Assembly: GCA_034530615.2 (NCBI GenBank) | Contig: JAVRCV020000015.1 | Span: 32,001-96,000 of the forward strand | DNA: 64,000 bases | Reading direction: 5' to 3' | Source: Aulosira sp. ZfuVER01 | GTDB taxonomy: Bacteria; Cyanobacteriota; Cyanobacteriia; Cyanobacteriales; Nostocaceae | Shown here: piece by piece, positions 21,501-30,400 of the stretch | Numbering within the stretch: position 1 is the first letter of the stretch | Layout of the letters: every line of letters starts with the position of its first letter | Notes under the pieces: generated by a model | Databases searched by the model: none | Seen by the model: the letters and a program-made list of their open reading frames with translations, nothing else | Told to the model about the DNA's origin: nothing | Translations under genes and position numbers: made by a program

Positions 21501-24132
21501 ATTATTAGAAGATATTGAATCTAGCTATCAATTTGGTAAATTAGCTGAAAGTCTTGTAACTAAGTTCCAAGATAAAAAAATTACGGCTAAAGTTATCCAA
21601 GCATTTAATGCTCATATTAAGCATGGAAAAGAGCATATCAAAGAACTAACAGAGCCTTTTTTAGAAGCTTACTCTGCCGGACTAGAAACTGGAGATTTAG
21701 AATTTGCAGTATATTCTATTAATGCCTATTGCTATGCTTCATTTTTTATGGGAAGAGAACTGACAACACTACAACAGGAAATGGCAGTATACAGTAATGC
21801 CATAAGCCATTTGAAGCAAGAAATGGTATTGCAATGGAATCAAATATATCACCAAACAGTGCTAAATTTGCTGAAAAATTTTGACAGTCCTTGCAATTTA
21901 ATTGGTGAAGCTTATGATGAAGTAACAAAACTACCTATTCACCTTACAGCTAATGATGGTATAGCACTTTTACGCTTATATATAAGCAAGCTTCATCTGT
22001 GTTATTTATTTGATAATTACAATGAAGCACTTGACAATGCAAAAAAGGCAGAAAAGTACTTATATGCTGGATTAGGATCTTTATTTATACCTCAATTTTA
22101 TTTTTACGATTCACTAGTAAGGCTGGCAGTATACCCTGATAGCACAGAGTCTGAACAGGAGGATATTCTACTCAAGGTAACAAGTAATCAGGAAAAAATG
22201 CGCCATTATGCAGATCATGCTCCGATGAATTACTTGCATAAATTTTATTTGGTAGAGGCTGAGACACATCGAATTAAAGGTGAATATCTCGAAGCAATAG
22301 AAGTTTACGATCGCCCTATTAGTCTTGCTAAAGAAAACGAGTACATTCATGAAGAAGCACTCGCTTATGAACTGGCTGGTAAGTTCTATCTCAAATGGGG
22401 TAAACAGAGAATTGCCCAACTCTACCTCACTGATGCTTATTATTGCTACGTTCGCTGGGGAGCATTAACCAAAGTTGATGACTTACAAAAACGCTATTCT
22501 CAATTACTGGTTCCCATCACTCAACCAGAAAAACTTAGCCATTCTTGCAGTGAAAAAAACCTACCTGAACTGAGCATACACCTATCTACACTCAGCAATA
22601 AATCTACTCGGGTTACGAATGAAACTGTGATTGGCTCCAACACCAGTATTTCCGATATGTTGGATTTAGCAACTGTTATTAAAGCTTCTCAAGTAGTCTC
22701 AGGAGAAATTGAACTAGAGGCGCTTCTTTCTACTTTAATGGAAGTTGTGATACAGAATGCAGGAGCTTCTAAATGTGTTTTGATATTGGGTGAAGTTAAT
22801 AACTTAGAATTAACTGTTACTGCAATTAGTTCTGGTTCCACTTTTGAAAGTACTCATACAGAATTTTTATCCATTCCCCTAGAATCAAGTAATATCGTTC
22901 CTATTTCTTTGATTAATTATGTCAAACGTACTCAAGAAATATTAGTAATTGATGACGTTAAAGCTCAAGCTTCTTTTACATTAGATACCTATATTACCCG
23001 TGAGGAACCAAAGAGCATATTATGTATCCCCATGCTGAATCAAGGTAAATTGCTAGGGCTGATTTATCTCGAAAATAATTTAACTACGGGAGCATTTACA
23101 CGCGATCGCCTAGAAGTACTTAAACTCTTAACTGCCCAAGCATCAATCTCTCTAGAAAATGCCATGCTCTACAAAAATTTGGCTAAAGCTAATGAGCGCT
23201 TGGAGGAATACAGCCATGTACTAGAGGAAAGAGTGGTAGTCAGAACAGCAGAAATTAATGAAAAAAATAAACATCTGCAAGCAGCACTAGAGGAATTACA
23301 AAGTACTCAAAGTCAATTAATCCAAAGTGAAAAAATGTCTTCTTTAGGGCAAATGGTAGCAGGAATTGCTCATGAAATTAATAACCCAATCAACTTTATT
23401 CATGGCAATATTGCCCACGCAAGTAACTATGTTCAAGACTTGCTAGATTTGATTAATATTTATCAGCAAGAATATCCCCATCCCTCGGCTTTAGTAGAGG
23501 AAAAAATTCAGGATATAGATGTAGAATTCCTGACAGAAGACCTACCAAGGGTTCTCGATTCTATGAAGCTGGGAAGTTCCCGTATCCGGAATATTATCCT
23601 GAGCTTACGTAACTTCTCTCGTCTAGATGAATCGGAAATGAAGCCTGTAAATATTCATGAGGGAATTGACAGTACCTTAATGATTTTGCAGCATCGACTC
23701 AAGGAAAAGAATGACCGTCCAGAAATTACAGTTATCAAAGAATACGCAAATCTGCCAAATATTAGTTGCTATGCTGGTCAACTCAACCAGGTGTTTATGA
23801 ATATCTTAAGTAATGCGATCGATGCTTTAGAGGAGTACAAGCATGAAGAAGATTCTCCAATTGAAAATCCTCAGATTCGCATTCGCACTGAACTAGGAGA
23901 AGCAAACACCCTGAAGATTCGGATTTCTGATAACGGTCATGGTATGACTGCACAGGTACAGCAGAAAATATTTGATCCATTTTTTACTACTAAGCCAGTA
24001 GGAAGCGGTACGGGGTTGGGTTTGTCAATTAGCTATCAAGTAGTGGTAGATAAACACAAAGGTCAGTTAAGCTGTGATTCAACTCCTGGAAAAGGGACTG
24101 AGTTTGTAATTGAAATTCCCATGCAACAGTGA
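18514..24132 (+). CDS. Multidomain Ser/Thr kinase-AAA ATPase-GAF-histidine kinase (HstK type)
   Basis: HKDIKPAN, GYSGIGKT, FLDDLQWAD, GAF, AHEINNP H-box, DPFFTTKPVGSGTGLGLSI. Confidence 0.92.
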   Translation: MLVLSDTVSPILGHRITEQIYSGQKTLVYRAIREKDQQSVILKLMRNEDPNFAEINQFRNQYTITQNLEVPGIVKLLSLENYHNRYAIVMEDFGGLALNLWRIEEQQQGKNTVSLSQFFDIAIEISTTLEGLHRHRIIHKDIKPANILIHPITGKTKIIDFSLATLLPKEIQFLTNPNVLEGTLAYISPEQTGRMNRGIDYRTDFYSLGVTFFELLTGQLPFCSTEPMELVYSHIAKEPPKASLINSNIPTIVSDIISKLMAKNAEDRYQSAHGLRYDLEICRNQWQEKGNITSFELASRDISNHFAIPEKLYGRQREIEILLTTFDRVTSGNTEMILVAGYSGIGKTAVVNEVHKPIARQRSYFIKGKFDQFQREIPLSGLVQALRDLIGQLLSETDAQIQQWKAKILLALGTQSQVIIDVIPELERIIGQQPPVAELASGASQNRFNLLFQRFIQVFTTKEHPLVIFLDDLQWADTTSLKVIQLLMSGTSSRLTNETENISESKAALLMIGAYRDNEVLNSHPLHLTLQELAKTGAVINTIRLSPLSQVDLNHLIADTLHSREAIAVPLTQMVFAKTKGNPFFAAQFLKLLYDDELIKLNFDAGHWQYDINKIKTLSLTDDVVEFIGIQIEKLPENTQNVLKISACIGNEFDLKTLSIVNEKSLIDTASDLWQALIEGLIVPQKDGYNLVVEDDRQLLSLSNRESENLSITNSQLPKYKFVHDRVQQAAYSLISQEQIKQIHLRIGLLLLKNIPVAERGEKIFELVNQLNIAVEFISDRPKLDELAQMNLIAGRKALVSTAYSSALKYLTTGIELLADDSWETNYELTLALYEIAVEAAYLAGDFEQMEQLADVVLVKAKTLLEKVKVYEVKIQAYGAQNQIIEAVNIALVVLKLFGVEFPENPNQSDVQLEMEKITLSLANRCVGDLINLPEMEDVKVLAVMRILSSIIVYASQAFPELFPLIVLKQVNLSLEYGNASLSAFSYVVYGLFLCGLLEDIESSYQFGKLAESLVTKFQDKKITAKVIQAFNAHIKHGKEHIKELTEPFLEAYSAGLETGDLEFAVYSINAYCYASFFMGRELTTLQQEMAVYSNAISHLKQEMVLQWNQIYHQTVLNLLKNFDSPCNLIGEAYDEVTKLPIHLTANDGIALLRLYISKLHLCYLFDNYNEALDNAKKAEKYLYAGLGSLFIPQFYFYDSLVRLAVYPDSTESEQEDILLKVTSNQEKMRHYADHAPMNYLHKFYLVEAETHRIKGEYLEAIEVYDRPISLAKENEYIHEEALAYELAGKFYLKWGKQRIAQLYLTDAYYCYVRWGALTKVDDLQKRYSQLLVPITQPEKLSHSCSEKNLPELSIHLSTLSNKSTRVTNETVIGSNTSISDMLDLATVIKASQVVSGEIELEALLSTLMEVVIQNAGASKCVLILGEVNNLELTVTAISSGSTFESTHTEFLSIPLESSNIVPISLINYVKRTQEILVIDDVKAQASFTLDTYITREEPKSILCIPMLNQGKLLGLIYLENNLTTGAFTRDRLEVLKLLTAQASISLENAMLYKNLAKANERLEEYSHVLEERVVVRTAEINEKNKHLQAALEELQSTQSQLIQSEKMSSLGQMVAGIAHEINNPINFIHGNIAHASNYVQDLLDLINIYQQEYPHPSALVEEKIQDIDVEFLTEDLPRVLDSMKLGSSRIRNIILSLRNFSRLDESEMKPVNIHEGIDSTLMILQHRLKEKNDRPEITVIKEYANLPNISCYAGQLNQVFMNILSNAIDALEEYKHEEDSPIENPQIRIRTELGEANTLKIRISDNGHGMTAQVQQKIFDPFFTTKPVGSGTGLGLSISYQVVVDKHKGQLSCDSTPGKGTEFVIEIPMQQ

Positions 24133-24141
24133 GATCACGAG

Positions 24142-24256
24142 TAGAATTATTGCAAAAATCGCAATAGGAAGAAAAGGAACCACAGATAAACGCCGATATT
24201 TATCTGTGTTTATCTGTGGTTTGATATCCAAAAAATCGACTTATGCAAGAGGTCTA
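24142..24256. mobile_element. MITE-like remnant
   Basis: Imperfect terminal inverted repeats TAGAATTATTGCAAAAATCG / CGACTTATGCAAGAGGTCTA around an AACCACAGATAAA…TTTATCTGTGGTT hairpin. Confidence 0.45.
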
Positions 24257-24337
24257 ATGACAAATGAAAAATGACTCTTTCCAGTCAGAGGGGGGGAATC
24301 AGAATTTCCTTTCGCCTCCCGCCCTCTGCCTTTTTTG

Positions 24338-25930
24338 CTAACAATGAGCTATTGCAAGTTTCTTTGTTGTATGCAAATTTTTGATATAGGCATAATGGGA
24401 AGGTAACTCACTTAATAGGTCTGCTGTTTTGATCTGTACAGAATTAAAAATCGTCTCTGCCTTTTCTAAGGAATGCTTTTTGTGATTTAAGATAGGCAAG
24501 ATTGCATCAGGTAAGTAATTCATTCCTGTTAAGATTGCCATGTAATTACTATTAGTCCAGAATCTGTCAAAGCCTGCATCAAAGACTTGGTTATATCCAA
24601 ACTCGTCTGTATAGGGAATATTAATCGGGGCCCCAGCCTTATAGACATTTAAGAGAGCCTGCAATGATTGAGGAATTTTGAGATCGAACTTATTCGCCTT
24701 CCAGAATGACGTGTCTTCTCTAGAGGTGGTGCAATAGTGCAAGACGATAAAATCTCTGACATCATCAATCATGTAAGCAATTCTTTCATTGAACTTGTCT
24801 CGCAAATTAGGACTCATGCTCTTGTCAGGGAAATACCTCAGCAATTGCTTCAAAGCTGCGTAAATAAAGTAGATTCCTGTTGACTCTAACGGTTCGATAA
24901 ACCCACTAGCAAGTCCTAAACTGACGCAGTTCTTGACCCAGGAACGCTCAGTTCTGCCTACTCTCATTTTGAGATGCTTAACTTCAATGTCTTTATCTTC
25001 AATCCCATGAAATGCTCTAAACTCTTGTTCAGCTGATTCTGGGGTTTGGAATTTTTGTGAGTAGACATAGCCTGTACCTAGTCGTTCATACAGCGGAATT
25101 TCCCATACCCACCCGGAACTGAGAGCTGTTGCTGTTGTGTAAGGTCTAAAGTTATCGTCGTTGTCGTTGGTCGGGATTGGCACCGCAACAGCGCGATCGC
25201 ATAGTAAACTCTCTGAATAGGATAAGAACGGCTCTTTTAGAGCTTCATTAATTAGCAGACCGCGAAAACCTGAACAGTCTAAATATAAATCTGCTGTGTA
25301 ACTATCGCCTTTTTGGGTTTTTAAAGAGCTAATGGCACCTGTATTGTCTAGAACTACATCGCTAACTTGATCGATGACACGCACAACTCCTCGTTCGATA
25401 GCCCATTTGGTCAAGAATTCAGCAACCATACTGGCATCAAAATGATATGCATAGTTGGCTCCTACACTTCCATCTAAGAATTTAGGAGATTTGTAATTTT
25501 CGCACAGTACTGAGCTAGGGTAACAGCAATCAGCCATCGAACGTTCATATCCATTTAGGCGTTTTTTCAGCCAGTAATGCGTTAACGGAACACCATCGCA
25601 TTCTTTAGATTCCCCAAAGATGTGATAGAACTTATTATTGTTATTGCTAAATGGTGCATAAGCCCAATTAACATACTTAATGCCTATCTTGAATGTCGCT
25701 TTACATTGTGGCATCCACTCTGATTCGGGAATTTCTAAAAAATCAAAGAAATCTGTGCGGATACTTGGTACAGTTGCTTCCCCTACACCAACTGTGGGAA
25801 TTCGATCCGACTCAATCAAAGTAATAGCAACACTTCCTTGCAGTGCTTTGATTAAATATGCGGCGGACATCCAACCAGTTGTACCACCACCGACAATAAG
25901 TATGCTTTGTATATTGTTAGCTGAATCCAT
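24338..25930 (-). CDS. Flavin-dependent halogenase, tryptophan-halogenase (PrnA/RebH/Thal) family
   Basis: GGGTTG, VGEATVP, ATFKIGIK (catalytic Lys region), YHIFG, WVWEIP (WxWxIP), FIEPLESTGI. Confidence 0.93.
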   Translation of the reverse strand: MDSANNIQSILIVGGGTTGWMSAAYLIKALQGSVAITLIESDRIPTVGVGEATVPSIRTDFFDFLEIPESEWMPQCKATFKIGIKYVNWAYAPFSNNNNKFYHIFGESKECDGVPLTHYWLKKRLNGYERSMADCCYPSSVLCENYKSPKFLDGSVGANYAYHFDASMVAEFLTKWAIERGVVRVIDQVSDVVLDNTGAISSLKTQKGDSYTADLYLDCSGFRGLLINEALKEPFLSYSESLLCDRAVAVPIPTNDNDDNFRPYTTATALSSGWVWEIPLYERLGTGYVYSQKFQTPESAEQEFRAFHGIEDKDIEVKHLKMRVGRTERSWVKNCVSLGLASGFIEPLESTGIYFIYAALKQLLRYFPDKSMSPNLRDKFNERIAYMIDDVRDFIVLHYCTTSREDTSFWKANKFDLKIPQSLQALLNVYKAGAPINIPYTDEFGYNQVFDAGFDRFWTNSNYMAILTGMNYLPDAILPILNHKKHSLEKAETIFNSVQIKTADLLSELPSHYAYIKNLHTTKKLAIAHC

Positions 25931-26116
25931 AAAGTTTCTCCTGCAATTCTAATTGTGAATTTTGACAGTTGAATTTTGCTCTCTTGCACTAAATGGCAGC
26001 AAGATAAGCGCTAGTGAGAGAATTTCAATGGTTGCAAAACTTTGAGGAGTCTAAAGAGAATTTAGGACTGGGAGATTGCTCCGACTCCTCCCAATACTAT
26101 TGATTTTCCCAAGCTT

Positions 26117-27667
26117 TTATCGGTAATCGGCAATGCCCACTTCTACGGTGTTACTTATCCAAGAATCATTTGCAGATAATGGCTTTTTAGCCTGTAATTC
26201 TTGCCGCAGGTTCTTGTAGGCTGAGGGACTCAATGGCATCATCATCTCTGCAAACGAACCAGTTTGGCGAAGTTTAGCACCCATGTCACGCATGAGATAG
26301 TCTAAATAGTGAAAACTAAAGGGGAAAAAGCACGTTCCACTATACAAACCTCTTGGCGTTTTAGTCAGTCTCCAGTCCAACTCTGCGTCTATATCCTTGA
26401 GCATCTCTGAGCGTGAAGGTAATTCTAAGTTGCCTTTGACATACTCAATTAGCCACCGAGAGCCAATCTCCGATGATAGAGTCCCAGAAAAAGTACTGTT
26501 GTAGCCAACAAAACCCATCTCAGGAACATCAGGGTGAATGAGATTGCGGTATAGATGAAAGATACCCTGGCGATCGATAATCTGCTGACGATACTGGTCT
26601 TGCAAAAAGGGGATATTCTGGTGGAATCCGGTTGCGAAGATAATTACATCGGCTGATAACTGCTCACCATTTGCCAATTCCACACCACCAGGGACAAACC
26701 TTTCTATGGTCGTCTTTTTAGCACGTATTTTGCCCTGACGCACATATTTATAGAAGTTTTTCGTAGCTATGCTTAAGGGACAGTTGATAAATCCTTCGAT
26801 TGGTTCGTCAGGTAACATCCCACAAGCATCTAAACGTAACTGTAGGCGTAGTAGCATCTCCAAAGTTCGCCAAAAAGCCCAGACTAAAGGCTTACCTACT
26901 GTATGCAACACCTTCTCTACTCCACGAAGTCTGCGGTATGGAAACCAGACTTGCCCCAAGCGCGTTAACATCAAATATTTGATGTTGATGAATCCGAGAA
27001 AGTATCGAGGAATTTTCCAAGACGCTTGACGGAAAACAAGCGTACATTCAGAAGCTTTATCAACCGCGAAAGTTGCTATGTCAGCCGCCGATTTTGCAAA
27101 ACCAACAACGACGACCCGTTTACCTTGGATGAGAGAATCATCATTAATATCAGTGGAATGCAACACCAATCCTCCAGAGTTGATAAACTCTGCCATACCA
27201 GGAAAAGCAAGCACTTTTGGAATGTTGCAAGTACCATTGCAGACAAGAATAAAGTCTAATTCATGTTTTTCCTGGCTTGTTGTTCCTTGAGGGTGATTCT
27301 TGTAGCTGACGCTAACAACCCATCCTGATTTTTTCGCGGTGTTCCTTTCGACTTGAGTCACTTCTGCTTGGAAGCGAATCTTCTCTGCAATGCCAAAGTG
27401 TTGTGCGTAGGACTCTAGGTAATTCCGCACCTGCTCGCCTGTGGGAGCTTCTGGATAGAATGCAGGCATGGGATAATCGGAAAAAGCATACATATCACGA
27501 GGGCTTTGGGTGGTTACTCCTGGATAACTTCTCGACTTTTCCCATACACCGCCAAGTCCTTTCTGTTTCTCGAATACTGTTACTTCGTAACCTTCTTCAA
27601 GAAAAGTTTTAGCTGCGACTAAACCGCTGAGACCAGCGCCAATAACGCCAATACGTTGAATATTCAT
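26117..27667 (-). CDS. Class B flavin-containing monooxygenase (FMO-like)
   Basis: GAGLSG FAD motif, GGVW, F..SGG.VLHST FMO fingerprint, VVGFAKSAADIA NADPH motif, FATGF. Confidence 0.9.
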   Translation of the reverse strand: MNIQRIGVIGAGLSGLVAAKTFLEEGYEVTVFEKQKGLGGVWEKSRSYPGVTTQSPRDMYAFSDYPMPAFYPEAPTGEQVRNYLESYAQHFGIAEKIRFQAEVTQVERNTAKKSGWVVSVSYKNHPQGTTSQEKHELDFILVCNGTCNIPKVLAFPGMAEFINSGGLVLHSTDINDDSLIQGKRVVVVGFAKSAADIATFAVDKASECTLVFRQASWKIPRYFLGFINIKYLMLTRLGQVWFPYRRLRGVEKVLHTVGKPLVWAFWRTLEMLLRLQLRLDACGMLPDEPIEGFINCPLSIATKNFYKYVRQGKIRAKKTTIERFVPGGVELANGEQLSADVIIFATGFHQNIPFLQDQYRQQIIDRQGIFHLYRNLIHPDVPEMGFVGYNSTFSGTLSSEIGSRWLIEYVKGNLELPSRSEMLKDIDAELDWRLTKTPRGLYSGTCFFPFSFHYLDYLMRDMGAKLRQTGSFAEMMMPLSPSAYKNLRQELQAKKPLSANDSWISNTVEVGIADYR

Positions 27668-27699
27668 GTTCTCAATGCGTAAGTCTATATTGTCTTGAT

Positions 27700-28413
27700 T
27701 TAGGCAACTTTTAATGGTTGCTCAATCTGGTAGGTTTTGGCATAAACCAACAGCTCATTTGTCAATTTTGTAAAAACTGTAAATAAGTTTTCGACTAATT
27801 CAAAAGCTTCTTGCCTGTTCACTTCTGATAGTTGTATATCTTGTATAAATTGCTCTATACCAGATGAACCTGTCATGTGTCCCGTTTCAACATCTAAATG
27901 GAAATCTGCAAAATATCTGCATGGTTTTTGAGTAATTACTTTAATTTCTTTACCAATCTCTGCTGCTATTGAAAACATAACATTACCTGTTGATTCTATA
28001 ACTTCAATGACTATCAACTTCTGAATAGGAGTAGCCTGCGAAGTATATTTATACAGTTGATAGTTTAACCAGCGATTATTTTTAGTTTCTTCACCCCAAA
28101 GAAATTTTAATGCATCACTAAATTTCAGCGATTTGTCAAGTTCTAAGTTCTTTATGTCTTCCAAAAACCACAGCCAATGGTGATCGTCTTCATAAGTATG
28201 CTTGTTAATTAGTATTTGCAGAGGCTCGCTAGTTGGTTCTACTCGTAAAAAATATTTGTTCAGTTCTCCAAAATTCATAATGAAATGAGCAGCGCATGGT
28301 GCCCAAGCCAGCCTTTGTTTGGGATCTATGCTTTGGTCTTGCATAAATTTAAATAATGGCAACTGAGCAAATTCCTGCTTTTTGTGTTGAATTAATGCTA
28401 GGACTTCTTTCAT
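27700..28413 (-). CDS. Heme-oxygenase-like diiron enzyme, AetD (nitrile synthase)-like
   Basis: 237 aa from ATG at 28413; HTYEDDHHW, IEVIE and ADFHLDVETGH motifs are collinear with AetD as recalled. Confidence 0.8.
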   Translation of the reverse strand: MKEVLALIQHKKQEFAQLPLFKFMQDQSIDPKQRLAWAPCAAHFIMNFGELNKYFLRVEPTSEPLQILINKHTYEDDHHWLWFLEDIKNLELDKSLKFSDALKFLWGEETKNNRWLNYQLYKYTSQATPIQKLIVIEVIESTGNVMFSIAAEIGKEIKVITQKPCRYFADFHLDVETGHMTGSSGIEQFIQDIQLSEVNRQEAFELVENLFTVFTKLTNELLVYAKTYQIEQPLKVA

Positions 28414-28458
28414 GATTATTACACCAAATTTCAAAAGTTAATTATGTGAGAAAAACTG

Positions 28459-28481
28459 ACTTTTACAAACATTGTAAAAGT
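28459..28481. promoter_or_regulatory. Inverted repeat ACTTTTACAA-N3-TTGTAAAAGT, candidate operator
   Basis: Perfect 10-bp arms, ~45 bp upstream of the AetD-like start codon. Confidence 0.5.
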
Positions 28482-28565
28482 ATTGAATGCAGAGATTTCA
28501 TCACCAATCAGTAAATACCTGTTAGTGTTTTAGATACTTTAGATGACAATGCCAGCATTTTTTAA

Positions 28566-28591
28566 TTATTGAATTAATATTAATTCAATAA
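28566..28591. promoter_or_regulatory. 26-bp perfect palindrome TTATTGAATTAATATTAATTCAATAA
   Basis: Exact self-reverse-complement in the operon upstream region. Confidence 0.5.
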
Positions 28592-30053
28592 AATATAGCT
28601 GAATACACAGTTTCTAAGATTGCTTGATAGTACATTAGATGAGACACTCTTAGTTGGCATTACAAAACAGTGGCGATGAAAAAAATATCGTCTTGAATGT
28701 AAAATATTTCTCAATCTAAACCACTATAATTTAACAACCCTATACCCTTTTAAGTCAGCATATTGCAACGCAACTATCGCCAGCCTAAAGACTGTAGTGC
28801 GGAAACGCCAAGAGCATCAATTTCTCAGGAATAAGAGATTAATTTTCTCGTAGTTTTAAGTTAAGCATTCACTCTAGAGAATGCTCTTCCAGAACTTCAA
28901 CATACCTAATTTATCAGCCTAAAAATACTTAAAGCGAGCCTGATGGATTTAATTTGCCCAATCCAACCATCTCACTAAGGCGGGGAGTTACTTAAAAATC
29001 TATTTTCCCCTTACTTCTTTTTCTCCTACAAAGAAAGGCTGATTAATAGAGCTTGATTACACTGAAAGTGCTTAAATTATAGTCTCTAACTTTAATTCAT
29101 CTATAATCACTGAACAAATTCAAGTGATTATAAAAATTTGAATTACAGGAATATAGAACCCATTGTCCTGTAAATAGTCAGCCACAAAAAGATTTGTACA
29201 GCGTGTAAATAATATTTACTGCCACCGTGGTTTGCGTTTAAAGCTATAATTTGATGTTTGCAACACTTTATGTGTGCAACCATTGTTTAATTTTTTATTA
29301 AAAAAAATATCCGTAATTACCCGTAATTACTAAAAATAGTTAGTTCTATAAAAGACATTGCAATAAATTATACAAATTTGTTGTCAGACTGGATATCTTT
29401 TAACCTTTAGGCTTGAAAGTATTGTATATATTTGTTCATATCAAGCTAATATAACGAATTATGCTTAAATTAACTCAGTATTATGTATTATAAATAACAT
29501 TTTTATTAAAATTAGCTTACTAATTGATAATTAATTATAAAATCTACTAATCTAAAACAGTTATTTATATTACTTATCTAATTAAGTCTTATTACGTAAT
29601 TGTTAGGATTTTCTGACATAAGTAATTTAGTACACAGGCGAAATTCAGCGCGGCTTGTGGTAAAAATCACTCATCCAATGTTAAAAGAGGTTCAGTTTGT
29701 ACATAGCTGTTCAAACATACCAGGGCAAGAAAAGCAAAATATCTATTAAATTGCAGATGCATAAATTAACTATCTCTCAAAGGTAATATATTAAACTAGT
29801 AAGCAAATATTATCTTAATATCAATCAAATATATATCTATTATAGGATGACAAACAAGCAAACTTAGTATAAATAAAAACAGTCATAATAAATAATGATG
29901 AATTTCAAAGCGATCGCCTTGAAATTCCTAGACTAGACGGTTGTAACTTAATCAGCATGATGATACCAATGCCGGGATAATGGGCAAACTAAATATGCAA
30001 GAAATTTACTCCATCTTTGCAAAGCAGCTCAAAAGCAAAAATTATGACAATCC

Positions 30054-30168
30054 CATCAAATTATTGTAGAAAAATATGGTGGATGGAACGCTGAAAGTAA
30101 ATTTATCAATATGGTATGGTTCCGAAGTTAGAATTCCTATTACTATTCAGCAACCAGCCATTGAATAA
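30054..30168 (+). pseudogene. Decayed histidine-kinase HATPase C-terminal remnant
   Basis: HQIIVEKYGG / 4-nt TGGA duplication / TLKVNLSIWYGSEVRIPITIQQP aligns by eye with HQIIVEKHEGSIEVNSIPGAGAEFVITLPI of the 33244 kinase. Confidence 0.6.
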
Positions 30169-30400
30169 ATATAAATTTTTCACTAAATATACGTGGATTA
30201 ATTTTTATTACTTAAGTGTAATTCTCTTTGAATTTATAGTGTTTTTTTATCACAAATATAGTTCCGATCAAACATATATTGATTTTAATTCAACATATTT
30301 TCTTCATATTTTACTTTTAAAGCAAAGTTTTAAAAGTAATTTCTTATCAAGAGATACTACCTTCTTATTTGCTAAAGATAAACTATTGTTTTTAATTTAT

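Noticed and set aside
23326..23387. ~62-nt near-identity with 33712-33773 as island-flanking direct repeats
   Set aside because: It encodes the highly conserved SEKMSSLGQMVAGIAHEINNP H-box shared by paralogous kinases
24338..28413. Aetokthonotoxin or pyrrolnitrin cluster proper
   Set aside because: No P450, tryptophanase or AetF-like gene, and no PrnB/C/D here; the FMO has classical class-B motifs
28755..28815. c-di-GMP-I riboswitch (ACGCAA…GCCTAA)
   Set aside because: It lacks the GGCAAA…GAAA P2 arm and the closing helix
30116..30400. 95-aa N-terminal extension of the hybrid kinase
   Set aside because: AT-rich F/Y/L/K low-complexity read-through that overlaps a kinase remnant; ATG 30401 is more plausible
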